Source: Polyangiales bacterium
Lineage (GTDB): Bacteria; Myxococcota_A; Polyangia; Polyangiales; Houyiibacteriaceae
NCBI GenBank assembly: GCA_045106895.1
Contig: JBGCFM010000104.1
Span: forward strand, 20,757-84,756
Reading direction: 5' to 3'
DNA length: 64,000 bases
Positions 31,241 through 40,804 of this stretch are shown one piece after another. A model generated the notes under the pieces. That model saw only the letters and a list, made by a program, of their open reading frames with translations, made no database searches and was not told where the DNA came from. Position numbers and translations under genes: made by a program. Each line of letters begins with the position of its first letter. Position 1 is the stretch's first letter.

Positions 31241-33220
31241 TCACGGCCGAATAGACGTGTATTCCCAGCGGTCGACGAAGCCGTCAAAGTCGGGGTCTGC
31301 GGAGGAGATGCTGGACGAGAGCGTGTAGAGGTCTTCGCCGGGGTCTCCGATGGCGCTCATCGTCACAATCTGGGGATCTGCGTGGTTGTCCGCCGTGAAG
31401 GTGAGCTCGCTCGGGGAGACCATGACGACGTCGGGGTTGTCCGTCGTGATGCGAACGACGACATCTTCCGTGGGCGCGTTGGCAAAGGAGATGCTGACGG
31501 TGCCGCTCTCGCTCGGCGTGACAGACACGCTCTCGGCGGATTCAGGGATGACGCGCAACCCTGGGGCGCGCCGACGCAGGTACATCATCGTCCATGCCGT
31601 CTCGTAACCGGTGCGGTGAGCGACCCAGCGTTTCCAGTCATCCGACGCGGTGTCTTCTGGCTCGTCGGCGAGGCCGCAGTGACCCGTCAAGACGGTGTAG
31701 AGGAACGCGCCGCTGGCGCGGTTGAGGTCTCCGCCCATGTGCGTCCGGTCCCGGTAGGCGGTGAAGGGCTCGGCGTCTGGGTTGGCCAAGCCATGGGCTT
31801 CACGCGCTTGGGCGAACATCGCGCGAATCGGCAGGGAGCGGCTCTCCGGCAGCTGGTCGTTGTCCGCCATGTACAGAGCGATGGCCAAGTCCGTGGCACG
31901 TGGATCGGACCCGACGCGTGGGTCCATGGCGTAGCGCATCGTCGTGTCGCCGCCGTTCGGCATTCCGTCGGCGTCTCGGCCGTGATGAAACGGAAGACCA
32001 AAGGAGTAGTCGAAGCGCGAAGGGTCATGTTGATAGCGCTTGTCGTCTTCGTAGTAGGAGTTGGCGCGGCCGTAGTTGAAGTGGGCGAAGGGCGCGTCGT
32101 CGGGGACTTCGATGAAGTTGACGTTCACGCCGGCTCCGCGGAAGCCGCCGCGGATGCCCGCTTCGGTGCTCGTTCCGGTCTGGTGATAGAGGATCGGACG
32201 GGCAGCGACTGCCCCCGGCGCGAAGGCCGACGCATGGGTTCGTAGCCCACTGAAGTGCGACTCCATGGCGGCGGCGAGGCCCACGTTTTCGGCGACATCT
32301 GCGATCCCGTCGTTCATCGTGTAGCCCGACTCCGACGCGCTCCGTTCATAGAGCTGGGCGTAGATACCGGCGGCGGCGAGGTAGGCGCCATTGGGCGTTG
32401 GGTGAACGTCCGCTGTGTCTTGGTCGGCGGCGGGGAGCGCGTCCCAGGCAAGGCCCGCGGGCACGACGCGCATTCGCTCGGCGGCGCCGTCCGCGGCGCG
32501 GTAGGTGAACTCTTCGAGCTGCGCGACGCTCGCGTCCATGCCGCCGCTCGGCCACACCATCAACAGCCGCGGCTCCGCGTTGCCGGCGCGCACCATCTCC
32601 GCGACCTTGTTGACGCCGAGGGCAAAGTAGCCGGGCGTCCCGGCGACGATTCGTGGGTCCGACGCGATGATCACGTGGTCCCAGTCGACGTCGCCTTCGC
32701 CGCGTAGGTTTGCGTGTCGTGCGGCCTCTCCCTCGGGCCAGTAATAATACTGCAGCATGGAGTGGACGCGGTAGCCCGTGTCGTCGTTGACGGAGGCGGT
32801 CCTCACGATGTCTTCGGCGACGACGCTGACCGGCATCGTGATCTCGGGGTCAGCGCGTAGAATGCTCTCGAGCTCCACCGCGACGTTGCCCGGCGCGAAC
32901 TCGTCACCGCCGCGTACGCCGCGGGTGGTGCCCAACACGAGGATGTTCACTTCGCCATCGCCGTTGAAGTCCGGCCGCTCGGCACCGAACGTCGGCCCGC
33001 CATCCCCAGCGTCGCCCGCTCCGCCATCTCCGGGCGCCCCGCCGTCACGCGACATACCGCCGTCTTCAGAGCCGCCGACATCTCCGGCCCGACCGTCGAC
33101 GCTTCCGTCGCTCGCCGCTCCGACGTCGGCTTCGGTGTCATCATCGCCACACCCCACGCAGAGCGCGCAGATAAACAAGGACATGGTCAGCGTCGTTCGA
33201 GAAGGTCGCTTGATGGCCAT
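31241..33220 (-). CDS. Lipoprotein with SGNH/DUF4886-like domain and C-terminal Ig-like domain
   Basis: CALCVGC lipobox; WDHVII, VVPAGLAW...DVHPTPNGAYLAA; SPSELTFTADN. Confidence 0.65.
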   Translation of the reverse strand: MAIKRPSRTTLTMSLFICALCVGCGDDDTEADVGAASDGSVDGRAGDVGGSEDGGMSRDGGAPGDGGAGDAGDGGPTFGAERPDFNGDGEVNILVLGTTRGVRGGDEFAPGNVAVELESILRADPEITMPVSVVAEDIVRTASVNDDTGYRVHSMLQYYYWPEGEAARHANLRGEGDVDWDHVIIASDPRIVAGTPGYFALGVNKVAEMVRAGNAEPRLLMVWPSGGMDASVAQLEEFTYRAADGAAERMRVVPAGLAWDALPAADQDTADVHPTPNGAYLAAAGIYAQLYERSASESGYTMNDGIADVAENVGLAAAMESHFSGLRTHASAFAPGAVAARPILYHQTGTSTEAGIRGGFRGAGVNVNFIEVPDDAPFAHFNYGRANSYYEDDKRYQHDPSRFDYSFGLPFHHGRDADGMPNGGDTTMRYAMDPRVGSDPRATDLAIALYMADNDQLPESRSLPIRAMFAQAREAHGLANPDAEPFTAYRDRTHMGGDLNRASGAFLYTVLTGHCGLADEPEDTASDDWKRWVAHRTGYETAWTMMYLRRRAPGLRVIPESAESVSVTPSESGTVSISFANAPTEDVVVRITTDNPDVVMVSPSELTFTADNHADPQIVTMSAIGDPGEDLYTLSSSISSADPDFDGFVDRWEYTSIRP

Positions 33221-33306
33221 TCTGGGCTCTCCTATTTCGGGGCTGCACGCCTCGCACATGTACGAGACTTGCACAGTGTCGCCGAATAAGGACAACTACG
33301 CCAGGG

Positions 33307-33918
33307 TCATCGCCAACGAGACTGATAAAGGCAGTGGTCGTCTCCATCATGGATGCAGCGCGAGTGCACCACCTCGATGGCCTTTCCGCCCGCCGCCTTG
33401 ATGGCCCCGCGCATATAACCGGCGATTCCGAAGCGGCACAGATAGCGCGGAATCACTACTTCGCTGAGCCGCGTCTCCGCGTGGCCCTTACGCGTCGTCG
33501 TGCGAACATTTCCTGCCGACATGTACTGGTTGAAGATCAAGTGTGAGCGCGCGAGGAAGAACTCCGGCGACCCCATCCGGAAGAACGCTCGGTAGAGGAT
33601 GTTGATGTCGTAGGACGCGATGGCCTCACCAAAGTCGACCATGCCTTCCACCTTGCCGCCCATCACCTCCTCGAAGATGATCTCGTCTATGGCGTAGAGG
33701 TGGCGGATTGGCGACCAAGTGAAGGAGAGCGGCGGATTCAAGAAGAGCGCGCGCTCTTCCGGCGCCAGGCGTTCGGTCACTCGCGTGACGCCGGACTCAC
33801 CGAGCCGCTCACGGACGAAACGCGGACGTGAAGCGAGCCAGTTGCCCTTGCACCGGACCTCCGTCGTATCGCTCAGTTTGTCTCTGTCGCCCCAAAAGGC
33901 GATCGACCCGTTCGTCAC
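33307..33918 (-). CDS. DUF2378/TIGR02265-like myxobacterial protein with V4R-like C-terminus
   Basis: VRCKG...FVRERLG; YRAFFRMGSPE; C-terminal CIHDGDDHCLYQSRW. Confidence 0.65.
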   Translation of the reverse strand: MTNGSIAFWGDRDKLSDTTEVRCKGNWLASRPRFVRERLGESGVTRVTERLAPEERALFLNPPLSFTWSPIRHLYAIDEIIFEEVMGGKVEGMVDFGEAIASYDINILYRAFFRMGSPEFFLARSHLIFNQYMSAGNVRTTTRKGHAETRLSEVVIPRYLCRFGIAGYMRGAIKAAGGKAIEVVHSRCIHDGDDHCLYQSRWR

Positions 33919-33953
33919 GACGCGAGCTTAGGTGAGTTTCGAAGCGAAGGCGA

Positions 33954-36389
33954 CTAGCTCACCCGGTGAAGGCCGCCTCCCGCCTCGACGAAGACCCGGA
34001 GTCCCGGAAACTTAGGCAGGTAGCTCCTCGGCGGCGGCTTCTTTCGGGTGCCTCGGACCATGTTGAGGATCGCTTGTCGCTTCTCGAGGTCAAAGCTCAC
34101 TTTGTACGTCGCGTCGCCCAAGGAGACCTCGCGGGGATAGAGGTCAGCGATGATCCCCTGCAGCTCGAAGGGCAGCTCTTTCGCGAGGAAGTCTTCAGGA
34201 GAGAGCATCTCTAGCTCGTCGCCGCTCTCAATGCCCAGCTCAAGGATGCGCTCACGCAGCCACTCGTCGAAGCTCGCCGGCGCCTTGAGGCCCTCGGGGA
34301 TGCCGTGGTCACGTCCAACGCTCATCGTAGCGAGCTGCGCGGCGAGGCCACGCTCGTCGATGCGGGCGCGGCTCTTGCGGATGGCGTCGCGAAAGAGCGT
34401 GCCGCGGGACGCGAGATCGAAGAGCGCGCTTCGCACCAGGTCGCCTTTCGGGTTCACCTCGTCGGTGCCGAGCGCTTTCCCAGCGAAGACCCACTCCACC
34501 TCGGCCTTGACCTTCTGCCGCGGCCTTTTCCCGACAAGCCAACACTTCGCGAGTCGGGCTTCGGCAAGCCCCGCGTCGCGGAGGAGACGAAGCGAGCATG
34601 GCGAAGCCGTCGTCGCGAGGAGCCTTCGGTCGCGGCCGGTGCCAAAAGCGCGAACGTCGAACACAACGCAGGCGTCCGCGGGCTTTCCCGCCGCAGATTT
34701 CCCACCGAGCGCCGGGCGAATTCGTCGCCACGCTGCGCTCTCGCGAGCCAGAGAGAGCTCGGTTCCGCCGCCCGCAAGGGAGACACGTTCGCCGCCTTTG
34801 CCGCGACGACGTACGACGTGGGCGCAGCGCGGATCGGCGCGGACGGCAATCGCGCACAGCGCATCCGACGACGGAGCCGGCGCGTCTTCATGGCGCGCCT
34901 GAAGCCCGAGCGCTCCACGCAAGCGCTTCGCGATGAGCCGCCCTTCCCTTCGCGCATGCCCATCGACGGGGCCGCCGGTGGAACGAAGCGCACGAATCAG
35001 CGCGAGGGCATCGCAGCCCTCCGCGCGCAGCGTGTCCTCTGGCCCGGGCCCTTCGTGGAACATACGACGCCCCGTGGACATCGCCGCGACGAGGTCGACC
35101 ATGTCCTGGAGTTCGTCTTCGCCGGCGCGCCGCGCCTCGACCAGGAGGCGACCGAGCGCCGCGTCGATGGGGAGCTTCGCGAGCTCGCGTCCAGCGCTCG
35201 TGAGGGCGCCTTCTTCGTCCAGCGCACCGAGGGTGAGTAGTTCCTCCATGGCGTCGGCAAGAGCATGTTCCTTCGGCGCATCAAGGAGCGGAAGCGTGGC
35301 GACATCGGCGCCACATGCGCGCGCCGAAAGGACCAGAGGCACGAGGGACTCACGATGCACCTCCGGCGGCGTCTGCGCGTCGAGGCTCCCGCGACGGGCC
35401 CAGAGGCGAATGCAGCGACCCGCCTCCATACGTCCCGCGCGGCCCGCACGCTGGTCCGCGGCGTCGAGGGCGATGGCCCGCATGGCGAGGTGCGCGCGGC
35501 CGTGGTGATAGCTCGTGCGCCGGACGAGGCCGCTATCGATGACGACGCGGATTCCGGGCACCGTCAGCGAGGTCTCGGCGACGTTGGTGGCGAGGACCAC
35601 CTTTCGTTTCTTGGTGCGCTCAAAGACACGCGCCTGCGCGTCGAGGCTCATGCCGCCGTGGAGCATGACCACGCTGAACCTGGACGCAAACGCGGGCCCC
35701 CGAAGCGCGCCCTCCACCGCCGCGATCTCGCCCTTGCCGGGAAGGAAAACCAAAACGTCGCCGGGCTCATCGTCTTGGATGGAGCGAAGCGCTGAGAGCA
35801 CACGCGCTTCGAGATCCACCGGGGAAGGGAGCGTCTGCCCTTCGTCGCGGTACTGGATGTCCACGGGGAAGAGACGGCCCTCCGCCTCGAGGAGACGCGC
35901 GCCCATATGCTTTGCCACACGTGGTCCGTCGAGGGTGGCGCTCATCACCACCAGCTGCGGCGCATCGTCGTCCGAACGCGAGCGTTCGAGGAGCAAGGCC
36001 GCCAAGAGGTCGACGTCTAAGCGTCTTTCATGGAGCTCATCGAGGATGACGGTCTTCACTTTTGTGAGGGCATCGAACTGCTGAAGCGCGATGCCCGGCG
36101 TGACAAAACGGATGCGCGTCTCGCCCGAGATCTGTGTCTCACCACGCACCTGAAAACCCACGCGTCCGCCGAGCTTACTCTTTTCCAGGTGAGCGACGCG
36201 CGACGCGAGGGCGCGGCAGGCAACGCGCCGGGGCTCCACGACTACGACGTCGCCTTTGTCCGCCGCCCAGCGCGGCACCTGCGTACTCTTTCCGCTCCCC
36301 GTCGGGGCTGTGATCACGATGGGTCCTCCTTCTTCGAGGAAGGTCCCCCTAAGCACATCGACGGGAAGAACGTCGCTCGTCTTGCTCAT
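33954..36389 (-). CDS. hrpB: ATP-dependent DEAH-box helicase, HrpB-like
   Basis: APTGSGKST, EPRRVAC, DELHER, MSAT, ATNVAETSLT, QRAGRAGR; start at ATG 36389 overlapping the upstream stop. Confidence 0.8.
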   Translation of the reverse strand: MSKTSDVLPVDVLRGTFLEEGGPIVITAPTGSGKSTQVPRWAADKGDVVVVEPRRVACRALASRVAHLEKSKLGGRVGFQVRGETQISGETRIRFVTPGIALQQFDALTKVKTVILDELHERRLDVDLLAALLLERSRSDDDAPQLVVMSATLDGPRVAKHMGARLLEAEGRLFPVDIQYRDEGQTLPSPVDLEARVLSALRSIQDDEPGDVLVFLPGKGEIAAVEGALRGPAFASRFSVVMLHGGMSLDAQARVFERTKKRKVVLATNVAETSLTVPGIRVVIDSGLVRRTSYHHGRAHLAMRAIALDAADQRAGRAGRMEAGRCIRLWARRGSLDAQTPPEVHRESLVPLVLSARACGADVATLPLLDAPKEHALADAMEELLTLGALDEEGALTSAGRELAKLPIDAALGRLLVEARRAGEDELQDMVDLVAAMSTGRRMFHEGPGPEDTLRAEGCDALALIRALRSTGGPVDGHARREGRLIAKRLRGALGLQARHEDAPAPSSDALCAIAVRADPRCAHVVRRRGKGGERVSLAGGGTELSLARESAAWRRIRPALGGKSAAGKPADACVVFDVRAFGTGRDRRLLATTASPCSLRLLRDAGLAEARLAKCWLVGKRPRQKVKAEVEWVFAGKALGTDEVNPKGDLVRSALFDLASRGTLFRDAIRKSRARIDERGLAAQLATMSVGRDHGIPEGLKAPASFDEWLRERILELGIESGDELEMLSPEDFLAKELPFELQGIIADLYPREVSLGDATYKVSFDLEKRQAILNMVRGTRKKPPPRSYLPKFPGLRVFVEAGGGLHRVS

Positions 36390-37045
36390 TGCGTCCTCGC
36401 GGGCGGGATCGAAACCGTGGACACGGCGCCGCCCTCGTAGTCCAAGATCGAAGGAGCACGTTCGCACTCCCAAGTGGTCACGTTTGCGAAGCAGGTCCCC
36501 TCGTGCTGCCAAGCGCCGCCATCTTGGTGGATGTGGCCGAAGAGATGAAGCGCGGGCTGAACCTCGTGCAAACGCGCGCGAAGGTCGGCGCATCCGAGGC
36601 GCCCCGGAACGGGACCCCGGTCCCCGAACCCCGCCGGCGGAGAGTGCGTGACCAACACCTGAGTGCTCGTGGGGATGAGCGACCACTTCTCTGCCAAGGG
36701 CGCGCCGCGAGGAAGATTGTAGGCCCAGTCGTTGTAGGCCGGCTGCCAGGGGCTTCCCCAAAACTCAACTTCCTCGATCCGAACGCCCGAGTCTTCGAGG
36801 TAGTGCGCGTCGCCGAGGAGCGCGAGCGCTTCTGCTCGGCTGTGCTGGAAACACCCGTCGTGGTTTCCGGCAACGATCACCTTGTGCGGATGCGGCAGGC
36901 CGCGAATCCACTTAGCGACACCTTCGAGTTCCTCGAGTGTTCCGGCGCGCAGCAGGTCGCCGGCGTGGACGAAGACATCCCCGTCGGGAAGCTCGCCCAG
37001 GTCCTCCTCGAAGGTGTGCGTGTCTGCAACGGCAACGATTCGCAT
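36386..37045 (-). CDS. Metallophosphoesterase (calcineurin-like)
   Basis: DTH, HAGD, GNHD, THSPP, FGHIH. Confidence 0.9.
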   Translation of the reverse strand: MRIVAVADTHTFEEDLGELPDGDVFVHAGDLLRAGTLEELEGVAKWIRGLPHPHKVIVAGNHDGCFQHSRAEALALLGDAHYLEDSGVRIEEVEFWGSPWQPAYNDWAYNLPRGAPLAEKWSLIPTSTQVLVTHSPPAGFGDRGPVPGRLGCADLRARLHEVQPALHLFGHIHQDGGAWQHEGTCFANVTTWECERAPSILDYEGGAVSTVSIPPARTQ

Positions 37046-37401
37046 CGCCGGAGGCTAGCAGAATAGCAGCTCGGTCTTCGCGAAGAGTCCCGCCACGCGG
37101 CCGGCAAACGTTGGACGATTCGACTCCAAGCTGTCCTCGCTTTCTTGCTCGCGAGACTTGGCCGCGCTCGATGACCTCATCGGGCTCACCCTCACGAACA
37201 GTGAACCGTCTGGCCTCGGACGGCCCAACGGGCGGTTTGCTTGCACGAGATCCCGACGACCGATTGGCCGATGAGCGACGGCCGCTAGGGTTTCGTCGGC
37301 CTTGTGCAGGTGCGCCACCGCCGGATACGTCGTTCGCGATGAACGACGCAATCCGGCATACTCATGCGATGGGGACACGACACGCGCACTTCGCACAGCA
37401 A

Positions 37402-38493
37402 ATGGCGTGCGTTCTTGCCGTCGCCGGGCTGGTCGCATGCGCAGACAACCAACTCGGCACAGAGCGACGCGACGCAGGCGACAACATCGACGGTTCGGTC
37501 CCGGACGCGCCGGCTCTATCAGACGCCAGCGGCATCGATGCGCCGATGGGGTTGGACTCGGGTGAGGACGCCGCCCTTCTCGACGCTGCCACTGATGTCG
37601 GCAACGACTCGGGCTCGGCCCCTATCCCCGCGCGGGACTGCGTGTTCGAATCTGAGGACGACGAACAAGAGCTCGACGTCGGCCCCGGTTCTTCCGAGCG
37701 ACTGCGCTTCCTCATCGAAGGCCTGCCTGACCCCAGCGCCGTCGAATCAGCGACACTCGTGTTCACAAGCTTTGACTCCGATCACCCGGGCGAAGAGGGC
37801 AGCATTCGCGTGAACGGCATGGGCGACCTGGACCTGCCGGCGATGGTCGCGTGGGACAACGCAGACGGCACCGGAAACATCGATGTTAGCGGCCTGACCG
37901 TCGCCGGAGAAAACCGGATCGTTTTTCGCCCTGGGCCACTGCCGCGCAGCTTCTTTCGTATTCGCGATGTCTCGTTGCGGATCCGCGCCCGCGTGACGGA
38001 GTGCGTCGAAGCGCCGCCGCCACCGGACCCCACGGCGGTGACGCGCTCCATGCACTTCAATGAGGCCGCCTATGCCCCCCGTGGCAATTGGGTCGTCCCC
38101 TGCCCACCGGGCGCGCCTGGCCACAACAGTCTGCGCAACTATGCGTTCACCGCCAGCGCCAGCGAGCATAACTCGACGGATTGCAGCGGAGAGTACCGGT
38201 CCGGCGGCAACCGGCGTGGAACGGCGACGTTCCGCTTCAACGCTGTCGCCTCGGCTCGATACCGGATCACGATTCGAAGTCGGCACACGGAAAACCGCAA
38301 CGCAGCAGGCGCGCTCTTCATCGTCGATGGCGTGGAGCGCCGCATCTCCCAACGATCGGCGGAGAGCGTGTACGTAAACGATGTCTGGGGAGAGCGACGC
38401 CTTGAGGGCGACGTCGACATTGTACTCGACAGCTCGCGCGAAGGCGCCAGCGACTGCGTGACGTCGGTGACCATCGAGCCCATCAGCGGCTGA
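37402..38493 (+). CDS. Putative lipoprotein with two beta-sandwich domains
   Basis: VLAVAGLVAC lipobox, DAG linker; start uncertain (37339-37402). Confidence 0.6.
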   Translation: MACVLAVAGLVACADNQLGTERRDAGDNIDGSVPDAPALSDASGIDAPMGLDSGEDAALLDAATDVGNDSGSAPIPARDCVFESEDDEQELDVGPGSSERLRFLIEGLPDPSAVESATLVFTSFDSDHPGEEGSIRVNGMGDLDLPAMVAWDNADGTGNIDVSGLTVAGENRIVFRPGPLPRSFFRIRDVSLRIRARVTECVEAPPPPDPTAVTRSMHFNEAAYAPRGNWVVPCPPGAPGHNSLRNYAFTASASEHNSTDCSGEYRSGGNRRGTATFRFNAVASARYRITIRSRHTENRNAAGALFIVDGVERRISQRSAESVYVNDVWGERRLEGDVDIVLDSSREGASDCVTSVTIEPISG

Positions 38494-38560
38494 ACCTCAT
38501 TCCGGCCGCGCCTCGCGACCGCCCGCCGATTCTATGCTCGCTTCGTGGTCAACGTACGAC

Positions 38561-40804
38561 CTAGCGCGTCAGCGCGCGGATCTCGTCGAGGGCTCCGCGA
38601 AGCTGTTGCGGGTAGTCCCCGAGGATTCGAAGATAGCGCGCCTTTGACATGCCGTGTTCGCGCAGAAGTCGTCGCATGATGGCGATGGCGTCGGACTGAA
38701 CTCGCCATCCGACGGCTGGCGTGCAGCTAAGGACCTCAGCGACGACGGAGAGCAGATGAAGGACGCTTACTGCGTCCTCTTCGAAGCCCACGGCCTCCGT
38801 CGTCACTTGCGGGGGCGGGAAGAGGTCATCGAAACTTCGCGCGAGGGCCGAGCGTTCCATCCGCTGAATCTCCAGCGTGCGTCGGCGACTCGATGTCAGC
38901 TCCTCCTCGCCGAGGCCGAGTTCCTCGAGAGCTTCGACGAGCAACTCAAGGTCTTCACCATCCTCTTCATGCGGCTCGTCCTCCGAGTAGTTCGTCGCCG
39001 GAGCGAGGCCGAAGTCTGGCGCAAGCTCTTCTTTGGAGCCCTTGTTCCTCAGCCCCTCGTCGTCGACGTGGTGGTAGACCACCTCAAGGCCCGCGTGGCG
39101 CTGTTCGGCGGCGAAGCGGCGAAGTGCAGGACTTTCGGCGCCGAGGGCGATGACGCTGACGCGGACCGGCACATCAAGGCGGGCCTGCGCCTCGCGCAAG
39201 AGCCCCGGGTCCACGTCTGCTTGTCCGTCGGTGACGAGGACGATCTGAGCGCGCGAGAGCTCCACGTCGTTGTGGCGCTGCTCCTCGATGAGCGTCAACG
39301 ACTCGAGGAGCGCGGACTGAATGTCTGTGCCGCCTGTGCGCTGGGCGGCAAAGATCGTGCGAATCGTCGCCAAGGCCTCATCCACTGTGGCGACGCGGCG
39401 CGTGACCTCCGTCCGCGAGTCGAAGTAGCGGTAGTAGAGCAAGCTTCGAATGCGCCCCTCGGGGCGTTGCAGCCGCGCGACGAGGGAGGCGAGTTCCGCC
39501 ACAAAGAGCGCATCACGCATGCGCCCTCGGGGCCCGCGCATCGAGGACGACCCGTCCAAGAGATAGAAACGAACCGAGGCGCGAACACTCCCGACGCGGC
39601 GACGTTGTCTTCGGTTTCGAACGAACCGGCGCTGCAGCAAACGGCGCGAGGCCAAGTGGTAGAGGAGCAGGCGCGGGTCCTCGATGATCGCGTCTTTGAC
39701 GCCGGCGACCTCGTCCACCGGGCTCAGCGTCAACGTCGCCGTGGGATAGGATACGAGCTGTCGGAGTTCTTCTACGACCTCGCGCGTCTCTTGCTCCAAG
39801 GAGACGCCCAGATCGAAGCCGGCGCTGGCGTCGAGGGTCATGCGTAGAAGCTCCGCCTCTGCGCCGCCGCGAAGATCCGCGGCGTGGGCTTGAAGCCGAA
39901 AGCGCTGCAATGGAGGCGCGGCGTCGATGGTCTCATCGAGTCGTGCGCGCGCCTCCTTGTAGCCCACTTCGATGGCCTCATTCACGCGGGCAGGCATCTC
40001 GCCGGTGTCCGGCGAAGACGAAAGCCTCGCCGCAATCTTCATGGCCGCGTCGTCCTTGGTGCTACCGGCACGAAGATAGGCGCGAGCTGCGGACGCGCCC
40101 CGGAGCACTCGCCCATCGCCCTTCTTCGCCGCCTCCCGCAGCTGGTGGTCGATGGGCAGCGCGGGGTCGACGACGCGGGCCATTCGCTGAAGCTGACGCA
40201 GCTCCTCACACACGGCGTCGTATCCACGTCCGAGGGCCCCTTCGCCACCGGGACAGCCGCTCTCTCCCGCCACGGCAGCAGCATCGAGGAGAATGCGCTG
40301 CGCCGCACGCAGCAGGCCCTCGCGGCGGGAAAGCAAATCGGTCTCCTCCGCCGCTTCACGGCAAAGCGCGTCCACGCTCATCTGAACATGCGCAGGCAAA
40401 GATGCGACGGGGTGACGAAACGCGCGACTTCCGACCCCGCGGACGAGCGAGTAGTGGGCCGCGAAGATCGGTCGCCGGGCCAGGTGGTCCATCGCGAGGG
40501 TCCAAGCGGCAACGTCATGCAGCCAAGAGAGCACGGTCCCGTCGAGCTCATCGTGTGTCCGCGCGCGGTCCTCCAGGACCTGCACGTTTGCGGCGAGCTC
40601 CGCCACGATGGCAGGCCGATGCTCGCGCCAGTCGACTCGACTTCGCTTTGAGCCATCCCCAAAACCTTCGATGGCCGCCCAGCGAATGACCTCACCTCGA
40701 CGGGAGAGGCGAAGCCAGGTTCGGCGGAACCAGTTCTCCAGACGCATCGAGTCGGGTTCGCGCCACAGGTGGTCGAGGCGTCGCTGAAGGTCCTCGACGT
40801 TCAC
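38561..40804 (-). CDS. VWA domain protein (ViaA-like)
   Basis: MIDAS motif LLDGSSSM, GGTDI, IVLVTDG; GTG start overlaps the ATPase stop (GTGA). Confidence 0.8.
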   Translation of the reverse strand: MNVEDLQRRLDHLWREPDSMRLENWFRRTWLRLSRRGEVIRWAAIEGFGDGSKRSRVDWREHRPAIVAELAANVQVLEDRARTHDELDGTVLSWLHDVAAWTLAMDHLARRPIFAAHYSLVRGVGSRAFRHPVASLPAHVQMSVDALCREAAEETDLLSRREGLLRAAQRILLDAAAVAGESGCPGGEGALGRGYDAVCEELRQLQRMARVVDPALPIDHQLREAAKKGDGRVLRGASAARAYLRAGSTKDDAAMKIAARLSSSPDTGEMPARVNEAIEVGYKEARARLDETIDAAPPLQRFRLQAHAADLRGGAEAELLRMTLDASAGFDLGVSLEQETREVVEELRQLVSYPTATLTLSPVDEVAGVKDAIIEDPRLLLYHLASRRLLQRRFVRNRRQRRRVGSVRASVRFYLLDGSSSMRGPRGRMRDALFVAELASLVARLQRPEGRIRSLLYYRYFDSRTEVTRRVATVDEALATIRTIFAAQRTGGTDIQSALLESLTLIEEQRHNDVELSRAQIVLVTDGQADVDPGLLREAQARLDVPVRVSVIALGAESPALRRFAAEQRHAGLEVVYHHVDDEGLRNKGSKEELAPDFGLAPATNYSEDEPHEEDGEDLELLVEALEELGLGEEELTSSRRRTLEIQRMERSALARSFDDLFPPPQVTTEAVGFEEDAVSVLHLLSVVAEVLSCTPAVGWRVQSDAIAIMRRLLREHGMSKARYLRILGDYPQQLRGALDEIRALTR

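Noticed and set aside
37055..37438. 127-aa minus-strand ORF
   Set aside because: Arg/Ser-rich with no motif, and overlaps the divergent lipoprotein start; probably promoter DNA.
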